From the NCBI GenBank assembly GCA_038087875.1, contig CM075984.1, positions 35,278,001 through 35,342,000 on the forward strand: a DNA stretch of 64,000 bases, given 5' to 3'. Each line of letters opens with the position of its first letter. Within the stretch, counting starts at the first letter, position 1. The DNA is from Malacoraja senta. Its lineage: Eukaryota. The notes below the pieces were generated by a model that saw only the letters and a list, made by a program, of their open reading frames with translations, searched no databases and was not told the origin of the DNA. The position numbers and the translations under genes are program-made. Below are positions 1 to 13,419 of this stretch, piece by piece.

Positions 1-2481
1 AGACTGGACACTTTATGCTCAAACTCCTCAGCCCTAATCCACTGCTGGCTGTCATAGTAATGAGATGGCACAGTAATGATGTACACCCACTAGCATCTTG
101 TGAAAGAGGTTAGTGTGTGCACTTAAATTATTTTCATGCTTTCAATTGTTTATCACCAATTTCAGGTCAGTTTAATTGAATTAAGTCATGTCGTAAGTCA
201 TGTGATGTCATGTTATGTCATAAGTCATGTGATAGGAGTAGAATTAGGCCATTCGGCCCATCAAGACTACTCCGCCATTCAATCATGGCTGATCTATCTC
301 ACCCTCCTAACCATATTCTCTTGCCTTCTCCCCATAACCTCTGACACCTGTACTAATCAAAAATCTATCCATCTCTGCAAGAAAAATAAAATTTGGCCTC
401 TACAGCCTTCTGTGGCAAATAATTCCACAGACTAAAGAAATTTCTCCTCTTCTCCTGAAAGGACGTTCACCTTTAATTCTGAGACCATGACCTCCAGTCC
501 TAGACTCTCCCACTGGGGGAAACATCCTCTCCGCATCACTCTATCCAAACCTTTCACTATTCCATTATGTTTCAATGAGGTCCCCACTCATTCTCCTAAT
601 TTACTTTAACTTTTTAAAAAAGAATTGCTTAAGTTCTCTTGAATGGCTCTGACAATCTATTTAACAATTTTCAGAGGCCTACAACAGCAGTGACCTGCAC
701 ATTGGGTGCCTCTCAGGCACAAAGGTGAACTCAACCAAACCCCTGTACCCTTAGGAGATTAGCATAGGTGGTGCACAAGCAGAGGGGACAGATCCAGGTT
801 GATTGGGTCAGGTCCTTTAATTCCACTCGCCCCTTTAACTATTGCCACCCAGATTGGAGACTGCATTGCTCCAGTTGTTCCTTGGTGCGGTCAACAAAAA
901 AAGCCAAGTGATGCCTGTTGTTCTAATGTTTAGGAAGTGAACAAAGCTAAATGTGGCAGTGTTAGGAATCTACCATTGATTGATTGATACTTTATTTTAA
1001 AGTGTACTTGACACAGTGAAATTCTTTGTTTTGCATACAGTACACAAGTATGCAAAGAGTCGCCACGTAAAGGGTGCTGACAAAGTTACAAAACTATTCA
1101 ATGTAGTCCCTCTTCCTTCTCCCTTTCTCCCCCCCCCCCCCCAACACCGGGTCCCACTTTGTTCTCAGCACCCCCCCCCCCCCCACAATGGGGCCCTCTT
1201 TGTGCTCGGCGCCACTCCTCTGTTGACCGCCAACACTCACGTGGGCAACAACACCACTGTTTTGATTATAATTCTGTGTCTCCAAACATAATTATCTAAT
1301 TAAACATTGTGTTCAAACTCTATTTGTATGATATTTCCACTAAAGGGATGGACCGTTGCATAGCTTTGCTCATCCCTCCACGTTGCTAAGGCCTGCAGGT
1401 TGCTGTGAGGCTTGCGTTCGGTGCTGATCACCTGATTGGTCTCAGCCTCTCAGATAATCACAGTAAGTTGCCTGATTTCAGCATTTGTGACAATTCGCAT
1501 CTGCTGTGCAAAAGAAAAGCCTGACTGTGCCCACCGAGATACAGCAGTCCGAAGTATGGCGGGAAGGAAGACCATTGCCAAGTGACTTTGCTGCAGTAAT
1601 GATTCGAGTGCGATAGGTACTGACGATCAGTTTTGTAAATACAGTAGATTAACTGCTGCAGTTGCCTGAAGGTGCGTCTCTTTTGATCGCTGAACAGCAC
1701 AGTAAAACCGGTGGAATCAGCAGAGCTGCTGCCGGATTCATTTGCAAGGCTGACACAGGGAACTGCACCATAAAAAAGGATAAGGAATTTCCAATCTTTG
1801 GACTCTGAGACAGAGCAGATCTGATCCATTGATTGCTAGTTTTAATGCTGTCAATCTGCCAATCGATCCAGACAGGTACCATTCTTGCTTTGGATAATAG
1901 ATGTCTAGGATTAAATCTAATCACCACAAGCTGGCAACAACAATACTGAGTGATTTGCCCTTTCAGAGTTTAATATGATTATCGGGACCTTATTATAGAA
2001 TCACATTTAATTACCCATGAGAATTTTGTGGGGAATCTGTTTTCACCGTGGGGTGTTTCTTTATTAGTACTCAGTGAAAAATCTGAAAGCCTATTATTAT
2101 GACTATGGTCTGGTGTTCAAAGTAACAGCCGTAACATGGTTGAGTTGTTTCTGAGAGTTTAGTTGCAGTTTCCCTATTTTGAATAGATACCTGGCACCTC
2201 GGCAACAGGGTTACAAGGAAAATACGGAAAGGTGGAATAGGACTGATTGGATTAGACTGATTGGATTGCTCTGTTGGGAGCTGGCATAGATGCAATGGGC
2301 CAATTGGCCTCCTGTGTAATAATAATAATTTCCCTTTAGCACAGCCAAGAACGGAAACAAATGCCGGCCGATTTCTGTGTATTTATTTGTCATTACCCCT
2401 CTAAAAGAATTTCTACAATGGTGTGTCAAAATTTAGAACTGATCTACCCTATCAAAACCTTTTGCTGAACTGAAAACTGCA
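1..2481 (+). repeat. Large direct duplication, copy A
   Basis: Nearly identical to 61523-64000 (offset 61522, then 61519 after a poly-C length difference). The same spurious ORFs appear twice in the ORF track. Confidence 0.98.
218..600 (-). mobile_element. CR1 LINE 3' fragment (also duplicated at ~61740-62120)
   Basis: ggagtagaattaggccattcggccca..ccttctgtggc..gtcctagactctcccact, the reverse CR1 3' end. Confidence 0.75.
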
Positions 2482-5400
2482 AATCTCTAATCTTTAATAT
2501 ATATGGTCACACTCAACTCAAGCATTTATCTTGTCCATTTCTTCTCCTATTATCACAATGCCTGAATTTCCATGATTAAGTTCAACTCTACTTTCTGTAC
2601 ATTCTCTGAAGATCCTTTTATTCCCTGTGAGCATCAAACCCATTTGCCCCAACTGCTTCTCTTTCTGATTGCCATGTCCAGTGTATCTATTTGGGGTTAA
2701 TTCTGTCAATTATGTCTGTTCTACTGTTCAACCCACCCATCAACCCCTTCTTAAACAACAGGTCAACAGCATTGACCAATGTCCACTTAATTATAGGCAG
2801 TGCATTGCCATCAACAGCTGTACTGCAGTCTATTGCACAACCTCATCCATTTGACTGGAAATTTGATAATATTTTTGGGATTCTTTATCTTCATCTTCCT
2901 GGCAGGCATTGGTTTTCAATGAAATGCCTTACTAAATCAACACAAACAATAATCATTTAAAAGAGCTACCTCACCTCCTAGTCTGGCACATAATGTCTTC
3001 AAGCATTTAGCACTCTTCTCAGCAAATGCTTTTTCCTCTAGTTCTCATTAAAGCACCAATCTGAGTTTCTTACAAAGATATGCTCTCATTTTCTCCATAT
3101 TCCTCTCATTCCTTCTCTAGAAATTTTATTTTCCATTTGGCCCAAGTTACATTTATTTTTATCCAATCAATCATTCTCCTAAATATAGTTTAACCTAACA
3201 TCATGTCTGTTAGGGACAATTGTGGGCTGAAGGAGCTGCTCCTGCACTGTACTGCTCTATGTTCTATGTTGTAATCAGTTGATCCCTTCCCTCCTAACTC
3301 ACACTGCCCCAACTTTCGACACAGGAAAATGCTGGCAGAAGTTTTCAAAATGTCCTCTTTTACAGTAGCCCTTGCCAAAAACATTCACATTTCCTCTGGC
3401 TTTTGAATGAAATGTAATTTCATTAAAGTCCTTTAACATGCCGACCTCTTTGCTGTTCAGCTCACTCGACCTTAACAATATATTCAAAATGCCATAACGT
3501 GTTTTCTGTTATGTGTCTCATTTTCCCAAATTATCCAGGATCTCTGCAGCATTTAACATGCTTAACAATTTGCCAATCAGCTGTTTCTCCATCCGCCTGA
3601 ATAGCTTCCACCTATCCAACAAAGGACCGAGGGCACTGGCAATGGGCTTACTATTCCTATAACACTATTGTTAGAGCCCCTAAAAATCTTCTCATCAGCT
3701 TTCCATCATCCCTCAATTTACCTGATGCTCATGGGTGTTATCAGTTTGCTCATTTATGCTGCCAACATGATATGAATTTTGGTCCAAATTTTCTGCAGTA
3801 GTACTTCAATTTATCCAATGTTTAACTGGAAGGATTGCATCTGCTTCAGTACCGATGTCAACTAAGCAGTCTGACAGGACGAGAAAAGACAATGAAGTGG
3901 AGAACTCTGTGTATTGTCAGCATACATGAGCAAGTTGCTGACACCAGGAGCACTGTGTAAATAAGGGATGACGGAAAGCTTTGGAGAGGAAATCGTGGCA
4001 GTCACTGCATTAGATTTGTACACATTAATGAGTTACATGTGCAAATGACAGAATGGCATTATCATGTGTGTGATGTTAGTGTCCGTGATAATTGTTCATC
4101 TGCAATAAATTGTACACTAATATTCTGAAGCTCCTGATGTCTCAAAGAGATTATTACACATAGTCCACTCAAGCAATGCAAGACTTGCTCACTGTGCACT
4201 TAGAAATAATTATCATCACCTTCAGACACTAATACAAATTCCATACCTGGCCACAAATGTAATCTTCCTTGACTGCCATGATGTTATATTAGAGTTGTAG
4301 AGATACAGATCACAGAAACAGGCTTTCTAGAAAACCAAATCCACAATGACCGTCAATCACCTATTTTACCATTAATCCCATTTTTATTCTCTTCACATTC
4401 TCTTCATTCCTCCTAGATTCGATCTGTCCACCCATACAGGAGCAGCAATATACAGTGGCTAATTGACCTACCAGCCAACACATCTCTTTGGGATGTGGGA
4501 GGAAAACCGGAGTACCAAACAAATATAAAGCACTTGCTTCCAGGTGGAAAGTGCAAACTCCGCACTAAACAGCAGGATTCTTGAGGTCAGGATTGAACCC
4601 AGGTCTCTGGTACAGCGAGGTATCGGCTCAACTAGCTGCAACATTGTGCACCTAATCATTGAGCTAGACAGTTGTCCCACATCGACATTCTGTTTACTGC
4701 GGAACTGAGCTGTTGCCTAATGCCATCCTAATGGCCTAACACCATTCACAGAACATTGTCCACCTCCTTTCATATCATCCCAACTTCAGCTGCATTTCAT
4801 CTAAACATAACCATTTTGCTACCTCCGACCTCAACTTTTCCAATACTGTGATGTAGTGTGCTCTTTCTCCATTGAGCAAAATAACTTTAACTCATTTTGA
4901 TCTCGCTGTCTGTGTCCCACATTCTTGGTGCTCTCTGACCTGTGTGACTTTCTCTCTGAGGGCCTGCATCTCCAATAAAAAATGCTCACCCTTGTAAATA
5001 AAAAATGATACGAAAGAAATATTTATTGAATTCAAAATATATTAAAGAGGATTTTAGGTTTTGGGGGGAAAGAACCCCAATAGACCACAAATATTGTACC
5101 CAAAATGAAAGACTCTCAAACCTATTCATGGATAGCATTAACAGAATTATTACTTCTTTCAATAGCAAATTACATTTTATTTAATAATCCTGATGCCTTT
5201 GAGTCGTCCATAATTAGCATTATTAGCAATGCTACGGTTCTACATTATTTTATACCTTATCCTTGTTGATTAAGTGCTGCCACTTTATACGTCAGCTAAA
5301 AGCAGCAAGGGTTTATTCCCTCTATCAACAAGAACATGCATTTTTATAGCGCCTTTAACTGCCTTGAGAGGTCCCGATGCAAGTTTTAAATTACATTATG

Positions 5401-7171
5401 TACTTTAGAGGATTTACCACAGTTGTAATTTAGGGTACAGCTAATTTGCAGACATCACCATCCCACAAACAACAATGTGATAATTATCAGGGTGACATGT
5501 TAAACTTTTATAAAACTATTAATTTAACTCCAGTTTGGAATAATGTGTCTAGTTCTGGAATGAGGACACAAAGGTTTTGGAGAGAATACAGTAGATGTTT
5601 ATTACGTCTTAGTATTACCCTGGATTTTCAAGCTGAAGCCGATGGAGTGGAGGAGAACTCACACCCTACTGACTAAATGTGTGATCTTCCAGAACTGTTG
5701 AATGGGATACCATTTAGAATATGTTTTGTACAGACTTTGGTCTGAAAAGCTTTGAGTGGTTCATTTCCACATGACGCCTTTCTTAGTTCTAACCTTTCCT
5801 TTCTTGAACCAGTGCCATACACTTAATTTCTGACGATGCCAAATGATTATACTGTAAAAGAATGTCAAATCATTGTCGCCAAACTGAATGGTTTCTCTGT
5901 CTGAACCCTCTGAGGCCAATAGGGATACTGCCACTTGTGAATAGACATGTTTTCCATTTTGTTTTTTCCTTTTTCTGAAATGCTCAAATATAGTACAGAA
6001 TCGTACAGAAATAAAGGTCAGAGTCAAAGAAATCTCTTACTGAAGAAATCTCTCATTTCTACTTTGTGCTGGTTCTGGATAGAAAGCAGAGATCCTACTA
6101 CTTCACTACAAAGGTGAAAATGAGTAAGCAAATTAATATTTTCAAGTTATAAGCTGATTAATCTTCCTGACATTTCTGTAGGATCATCGCCATACATCTT
6201 TGCAAAAACCTTCAATGATCCTGCTGTCATTTTGTACTAAATCTGCTGATCATTCTGGTTTTGAAAGACTTGCATTTGTCATTGTGGCATTCAAATCTGT
6301 TTAAAATATCAACAGTAGGAGTTTTAAAGATTTGGAAATCCTTTATTTACCATGAAACTATTTATGTGTGGGTCAGAAATCAGGCATTCACTTAGCAGTG
6401 AGTTCAGAACTAGGTTGAATTACTTATATATATATATATATATTCCAAGGGGATATGGTAACATAATGCAGGGGGAACTGGTTTCTGCTTCACTGTTCTG
6501 ATTATAAACTGTTTACTGCTTCACTGTACTTTTGAGGCAGATATACTATTTTCTCACCTATGGTCCTTGTGGCTATATTGCTTACAACAGCATGTTCAAT
6601 AGAGAGATCAGCTGCTGTTTGATTGAGGGCCACCAGCCAGAATGTTGCAGCCAAGTGTATGTGGAGCCTATGAGGTCTTATGATTATTTGTGCAGCAATG
6701 AAAGAGTGAATCATAGAGCAGATAAGTATGTTTTCAGCTCTGCTCCATGCCAGTAAGTTCATAAATTGAGGTTGCTCCTGATCCTTGGTACTATGTGAAA
6801 GGGGCTCTGCCATTGTTACATTTCTCTGGGCTTTGTTGTCCAGATGTTGTCCCGGAAGGGCTGAGTTGAGCCTCTTTCTACACTGTGTAGACCCCGTGTA
6901 TGTGAGAGGGAGGATGTGAGAGGGATGAGATGTGGTGTTGGCCGTGACGTGTGTGATTTGGAAATGTTGGAGTCAGCAATCCTGAGCTCCCATCTTCATC
7001 CCAGTGGCCATCTTTCCAGAGGAGTGCATGAGCTAAAGGCCAAGAATGGTTGATATTGTTATCCCGCCCAGGCAACATTCAGGGCCAAAGCCTCTGCTTG
7101 CTTTTTGAGATGGATTCAGTGAGCACCTTTAATAGAAATAGTTAACAGTAAAATTAATAACTTTAGAAACA

Positions 7172-7770
7172 AACATGAAAACATAGAAACATAGAAAATA
7201 GGTTCAGGAGTAGGCCATTCAATATGATCATGGCTGATCATCCAACAGTATCCTGTACCTGCCATCTCTCCATACCTCCTGATACCTTTAGCCACAAGGG
7301 CCACATCTAATTCCCTCTTAAATATAGCCAATGAACTGGCCTCAACTACCTTCTGTGGCAGAGAATTCCAGAGATTCACCACTCTCTGTGTGAAAAATGT
7401 TTTTCTCATCTCGGTCCTAAAAGATTTCCCCCTTATCCTTAAACTGTGACCCCTTGTTCTGGACTTCCCCAACATCGGGAACAATCTTCCTGCATCTAGC
7501 CTGTCCAACCCCTTAAGAATTTTGTAAGTTTCTATAAGATCTCCCCTCAATCTTCTAAATTCTAGCGAGTACAAGCCAAGTCTATCCAGTCTTTCTTCAT
7601 ATGAAAGTCCTGACATCCCAGGAATCAGTCTGGTGAACCTTCTCTGTACTCCCTCTATGGCAAGAATGTATTTCCTCAGATTAGGAGACCAAAACTGTAC
7701 GCAATATTGCAGGTGTAGTCTCACCAAGACCCTGTACAACTGCAGTAGAACCTTCCTGCTCCTATACTCA
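7172..7770 (-). mobile_element. CR1 LINE 3' fragment (RT C-terminus plus (tttctatg)n tail)
   Basis: ORF 7116-7739 has [57 protein letters not shown]. Confidence 0.93.
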
Positions 7771-7921
7771 AAGAAAGGAAAACTAATATGGATGCAAAGT
7801 CACCGAAACACAATGATCAATGAGCGAGACACACAGCGTGGAGTAATACAATACAATACATACAATACCATTTATTGTCATTTGAACCTCAAATGAAGTT
7901 CAAACAAAATTTGGTTTCGTT

Positions 7922-8127
7922 TGCTAACCCAGCGGGTCAGGCAGCATCTGTTGAGGGGAAAAAATGTGTACGAAAGAACTGCAGATGCTGGTTTAAATCG
8001 AAAGTAGACACAAAATGCTGGAGTAACTCAGGGGGACAGGCAGCCTCTCTGGAGAGAAGGAATGGGTGACGTTTCGGGTTGAGACTGAATGCGTCAAAAA
8101 CATTTCGGATCAGGACCCTTCTTCAGA
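7922..8127 (-). mobile_element. Penelope-terminal-repeat copies (nested)
   Basis: gaactgcagatgctggtttaaatcg...gtgacgtttcgggt and catttcggatcaggacccttcttcag. Confidence 0.75.
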
Positions 8128-8592
8128 ATGATCAATAGTCTTGTTCTGTTTTTGGAACTGTTGAGATAGAATTATTGATGGTCTCATAATGCGTTCATTG
8201 GAAATCTTTAATTATTTTCAGTTGCTGCCATTTTGGAATAATATGGTGTCAGATACAAGAGCTGGTTTATAGGGTTTGAGTGTTTCATAGGGTAGAATAA
8301 TATGAAACGGTCTCCTTTATGCTGGATTGAAGTGCATGTTTAGTTTTACTCCTGCTGCTATATTCATCAGCTCATATGCATTGTTGGGATGTTATGGGCT
8401 AATGATATTGGGATACAGTGGTAAAGTAAGTTTTATTTGCGCCTAATTGTTTTTAGCTCTTGAACGTTCTTAGCATTTACCTGGAATGCACAATGTCCAT
8501 TCCCAATTAAAACGCTCTGCATTTTAAGTACAGAATTCACCAAGAACCAAAAAATCTGAATGAAGAAAGGAATAGAAATGCCATTGTATTTC

Positions 8593-8921
8593 CTCACAGT
8601 GCCCGAGACCTAGGTTCAACCTCGATTTCAGTGTGGACATATCTGTGTGGAATTTAAATGTTCTCCCTGTGATCATGTGGGTTTCCTCCGGATGCTCTGG
8701 TTTTCTCCCACATGCGAAAGATGTGAGGGTTGGTAGGTTCAGCGGTTACTGTAAGTTATCCCTAGTGTGTAGGTGAGTGTAGTATCTTGGAAAAGTTTCT
8801 GAAAGTGTGGAGGAAAAAAAAAAGGGGGATTAATCTACCATTAGTGTAAATGGGTGGTTAATTTTTAGCGTGGATCGGAGAGTCAAATGGTCTGTTTCCG
8901 TGCTGTATCTCTCTATGACTC
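8593..8921 (+). mobile_element. Older V-SINE copy (others at ~4290-4652 -, 25955-26260 +, 26790-27195 -, 43979-44090 +, 59540-59720 -)
   Basis: V-domain gtgggtttcctccggatgctctggttttctcccaca and tail ctgtttccgtgctgtatctct. Confidence 0.7.
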
Positions 8922-10930
8922 AAAAATCTGGCAGCTAATGTAATGATAATGGCCATTTATTTGATTGTTGGATTTTACATTAATACTGTTTAACCGTAAG
9001 ATATAAAATTACAGTGTAAAACATTGTTACTTCAAAAGGTAAGGAGATGATATGTAATTTGTCCATTTATTTAATATTTTATGCATAGAATGCAAGTGAG
9101 TGATGTGTGATAGTTTTATGTGGCATATTCATGAAATTGGCATCGCCCATGGATCCTAGATCACTAAAAGTATACTGTATCTTGATTATATCATGCCAGA
9201 TTTCATAAAACAATATATTAGTTTTGCTTTGCCTTATGGGAGAATGCACTGATTATTATATTTTATTTCAGCCTTAGAAGCACACCTTACTGTCTTATCT
9301 TTCTGTTTATTGAAACAGGCACTCGATCTTAAATGTTAGCATGTTGATGAGCGATCAGAATGTACTCTGAGATCACATTAAGAGGTTTAAACATACACAG
9401 TTCTTGTATCTAAACATTTCATCATAACAGCACAGATTGGCTGCCCCAATGTTAAAGGATTCATTTCCCGTCATTAACGTTGATAGATTTATCGCTATTC
9501 CATTAACTCAATGTCATTTCCCTTATCCAGAACACCAGAAGGTACTTAACATTGTAATCATTTATGAGGTGATTTTAATGTTTTATGGAACAACAGGAGT
9601 AATCTTAGAGTGCCTCCTAGTTGACAAATTTGCAATTCATTATTGAAATTAAACCATTCTCCTCCAATGGAAATTAGGGGAAAAACTATTTGAGCTGTGC
9701 TGGCTGTATATATTTTTCTTACCTGTGATTGCAATGCTTGGTCTGTACTGTTTATATCATGTGGAAAACAAGGAGATCCATGGGAGATAAAGGCCAGGTT
9801 GTTGCTTTTTTTAAATCTATTCTCTGCAAGTTTATCTACTGTAATAAATAGATTTTCAAGATACTTGACAATAAATCTTCCACAAGTAAAGTTTTACATT
9901 TCCACCCTGCCCCTTACCCCCTTCTCCTGCTACTCCCACTACACACCCCTTTCCCCCTCTTCTCTGACATTCACCCTTTTTCCCATTATCTCCAATCTCC
10001 TTCTCCCATCCCATCTTTTCCCATCCCCCACGCAGCCCATAACTCCCAGATGGAGCTTGGCACATTCAATGGTGGCTTTCTGGGGGCTCACTCTGCCAGC
10101 CGTCCTGGAGTGCCTGGATCACGGCACTTGGCATTTGTCCACTGAAGTAAAGGCCGGTGATTCCCAACGCCAGTGGCGTGTGAGGAAGCAGTGAGATCGC
10201 TGCTTGGGAAAGGTGGGGAGGTCAGAGAATCTGCGACCCGACGGTAGCTTTTCCATCCCCTGATGCAAACACAGGTAAAGGATAGCTGTTACTATTGCAG
10301 CAATCAGAAATTGGATGATTGGGACTAATATTGATACCTATTAAACAATCTGTCCGAAGCATCTCATCCAAATATCACAAGAACACGTGGATGCTTACGC
10401 CTGCCTTCTGGAAATGTGCGCTCCTCACATTTACATTAGGTTGAGCACTTTGACTTTTAATCCGTAGACCTTGCAATGAGCAGTAACGTTGAGTGCAATG
10501 AGTTCTGATTCTAATCACTGCTCACATTACTTTGTCAAGCTGGTGTTGGTTGTTACTCAACTTTCAGACTATTTATTGCTAACTCTGTGCTAACCCATGA
10601 ATTTTAAGTATGCCGAGGTGTATGTCCCAGCGCTAACTGTGTAATCAATTCACTCCATGAACAGGCTTTTTAAAAAGCAGAGGAAACAAGCTATACCATC
10701 CTTGATCAGTAATAGCAATATGTTTGCATTGAGCGATAGTTACATGTTAATTGTGTGACCTAAATTCAATTTCTATCATTTACCACAAGCTTGATTAACA
10801 GGGAAGCCTCCTCCATCATCCTCTGACTGTTTGTCCATAGAGTTTTCACCGTGTGCACTTTTGTTTTTACATCTCCTCAGGATCCAGCTATAATTTCTTT
10901 CCTTGTCCTATTTCCATTCCCTTTCACCAA

Positions 10931-11249
10931 GGGCAGCACATTTGCGTAGCGGTAGAGCTTCTGCCTTACAGCGCCAGAGGCCCGGGTTTGACCCTGACTA
11001 CGTGTGCTTGTCTGTATGGAGTTTGTACTTTCTCCCCATGACCTGTGTGGGTTTTCTCTGAGTTCTTCCGTTTCCTTCCACACTCCAAAGACATACAGGT
11101 TTGTAGGTTAATTAGCTTGGTATAAAATGTACAATTGTCCCCAGTGTGTGTAGGATAGTGTTAATGTACGGGGATCACTGGTTGGTGTGTACTCGGTGGG
11201 GCGAAGGGCCAGTTTCCACACTGTATCTCTAAACTAAACTAAGCTAAAC
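10931..11249 (+). mobile_element. V-SINE (HE1-like)
   Basis: Same architecture and sequence family as 52509-52833. Confidence 0.88.
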
Positions 11250-11580
11250 CTTAAATCATCATCCATCCTTTTGCTTGTAGTCTGTCCTGCCTACATTCTT
11301 TCTCCCTTGTTGATCTCCCGTTCCTTTTCCTGTATGTGTACTTACTATTAAATGCATTATGTCTCCAGGATATTTCACTTCAGATGAAAGGTTGTCGACC
11401 TAAATTATTAATCTAAAAATCTACAAATGCTGGAAATCTGAAATAAAAATGCTAATTCTGTTTCACTGTTCAGACACTGGCTGACCTGCTGAATGCCTCC
11501 ACCATTTTCAGATTTTGTAACCTAACATCTTAACTTTGTTTCTTCCTCCACGGACCCCATCTGACCTGCAAAGTATTCCC

Positions 11581-11714
11581 AGGTTTGAAGCAGGGTCTTG
11601 ACCCGAAACATCACCTAATCCTTTTCTCCAGAGATGCTACCTTACCCACTGAGTTACTCCAGCATTTTGTGTCTATCTTCGGTGTAAACCAGCATCTACA
11701 GTTCCCTCCTACAT
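11581..11714 (+). mobile_element. Penelope-terminal-repeat copy
   Basis: aggtttgaagcagggtcttgacccgaaacatcacct...cagcatctacagttcc. Confidence 0.75.
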
Positions 11715-12261
11715 ATTCCATTTTTATATCACCTTTGCAGAATCCACAGTATTTTACTGCGATATTATGTATGAGTGAGTCAAGCATAATTGAAAGAACA
11801 GCGGAAAGTAATTTAAAATTCATGTACTAAACTTACAAGAACATTCCAGCCTCATTTCATTTGAATCGTGTCACAGTTATTATCTGCCTATTTTTATATA
11901 TCAGCACAACTTGTTAAATGCCAATGCAGTTATCCAGACGAATGGATAATTAGGTAAAATGCTCTTTTTTTTGTAGTTCATTTGTTAAACCTCTGTGCAG
12001 CATTTAATAACTGCAATTCCTTAAATTATATTTCTTCTGAGGAGCTTCCTTTCTCATGAAGATTAACACATATTAAGACTAGTTAGTAGAAGTAATGTAC
12101 AGGTTAAATTGTTTGTGTGTTACTGCACATTGATATGCATCCCAATCTGTCTCCCTGTTGAATATCATGAAGAGTCGTTTATTTCCAGCAGATAACTTAG
12201 ATGCCGACATGTTAAAGTGGTTTCTGGAGGTTTTGTTTTTGCTTCCAATGTGTTGTCCAAT

Positions 12262-12882
12262 ATGCAAGCATGAAATTATGTTACAAGTATTGAGTATAGA
12301 AGTTGGGAGGTCACGTTGCAGTTGTATAAGACGTTGGTGAGACCGCATTTAGAATATTGTGTTCAGTTCTGGGCATCATGTAATAGGAAAGATATTGTCA
12401 AGCTTGAAAGGATTCAGAGAAGATTTACGAGGATGTTTCCAGGACTATAGGGTGTGAGCTATAGGGAGAGGTTGAGTAGGCTGGGATTCTATTCCTTGGT
12501 GCACAGGAGGATGAAGGGTGATCTTATAGGGGTATATAAAATCAGAGCAATAGATCGGGTAGATGCACAGAATCTCTTGCCCAGAGTAGTGGAATCGAGA
12601 ACCAGAGGACATAGGTTCAAGGTGATGGAGAAAAGATTTAGTAGGAATCTGAGGGGTAACTTTTTCACACAAAGGGTGGTGGGTGTATGGAACAACCTGC
12701 CAGAGGAGGTAGTTGAGGCTGAGACTATCCCAATGTTTAAGAAACAGTTAGACAGGTACATGGATAGGATAGGTTTGGAGGGATATGGGCCAAAAGTGGG
12801 CAGGTAGGACTAGTGTAGCTGGGACATGTTGGCCAGTATGGGCAAGTTGAGCCGTAGGGCCTGTTTCCACTCAATGACTCTA
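12262..12882 (+). mobile_element. CR1 LINE 3' fragment
   Basis: ORF 12454-12807 has SYRERLSRLG..GDLI..TRGH..RVVGVWNNLP. Confidence 0.9.
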
Positions 12883-13419
12883 AGATGAGAATGTTAGTGT
12901 TCATCTAGTTAACAACCAGTGAAACCAAGGAAAATGTGACATGAAACAATGTGCAACATTGATGTCATGCCTCACTGCCAATGTGAAACTAGGCATTTCA
13001 GCTACAATTAGAAAATGTGTTGTGCTGTTGATAATTAGTTTAACCTGGAACAGAACAATTTTTGCATATTCATGGGCATCTCAGGTGCTGTAGGAAATGT
13101 TTCCTCATTTTACAGAAGGCTTTTTATTTGCACCAGCACATTTTGACACCAGAGATTTTAAACCTCTTTGATCTGAAAAGTAGTTCTATTTTACTCAGAG
13201 GACAATGGACTAGCTTACCCAGCTGTGCTATTTACATCACGTAAACATTATACTTATTGAGATCTGTAACCTCCAGACGCTCAAATATGAACTCATGTGT
13301 CTGGACTGCTTTGCCCATGGAGGTCAGGGGCAGAGAAATGTAAATCTCTGGAATTCTCTACCCCAGATGACTGTGATGGCTAAAATTCTGGAGATCTTTA
13401 AAGAGAAGATTTAAAAGGG

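Noticed and set aside
9697-10194. 165-aa ORF
   Set aside because: Low-complexity pyrimidine-rich translation with a non-ATG start and no domain similarity.
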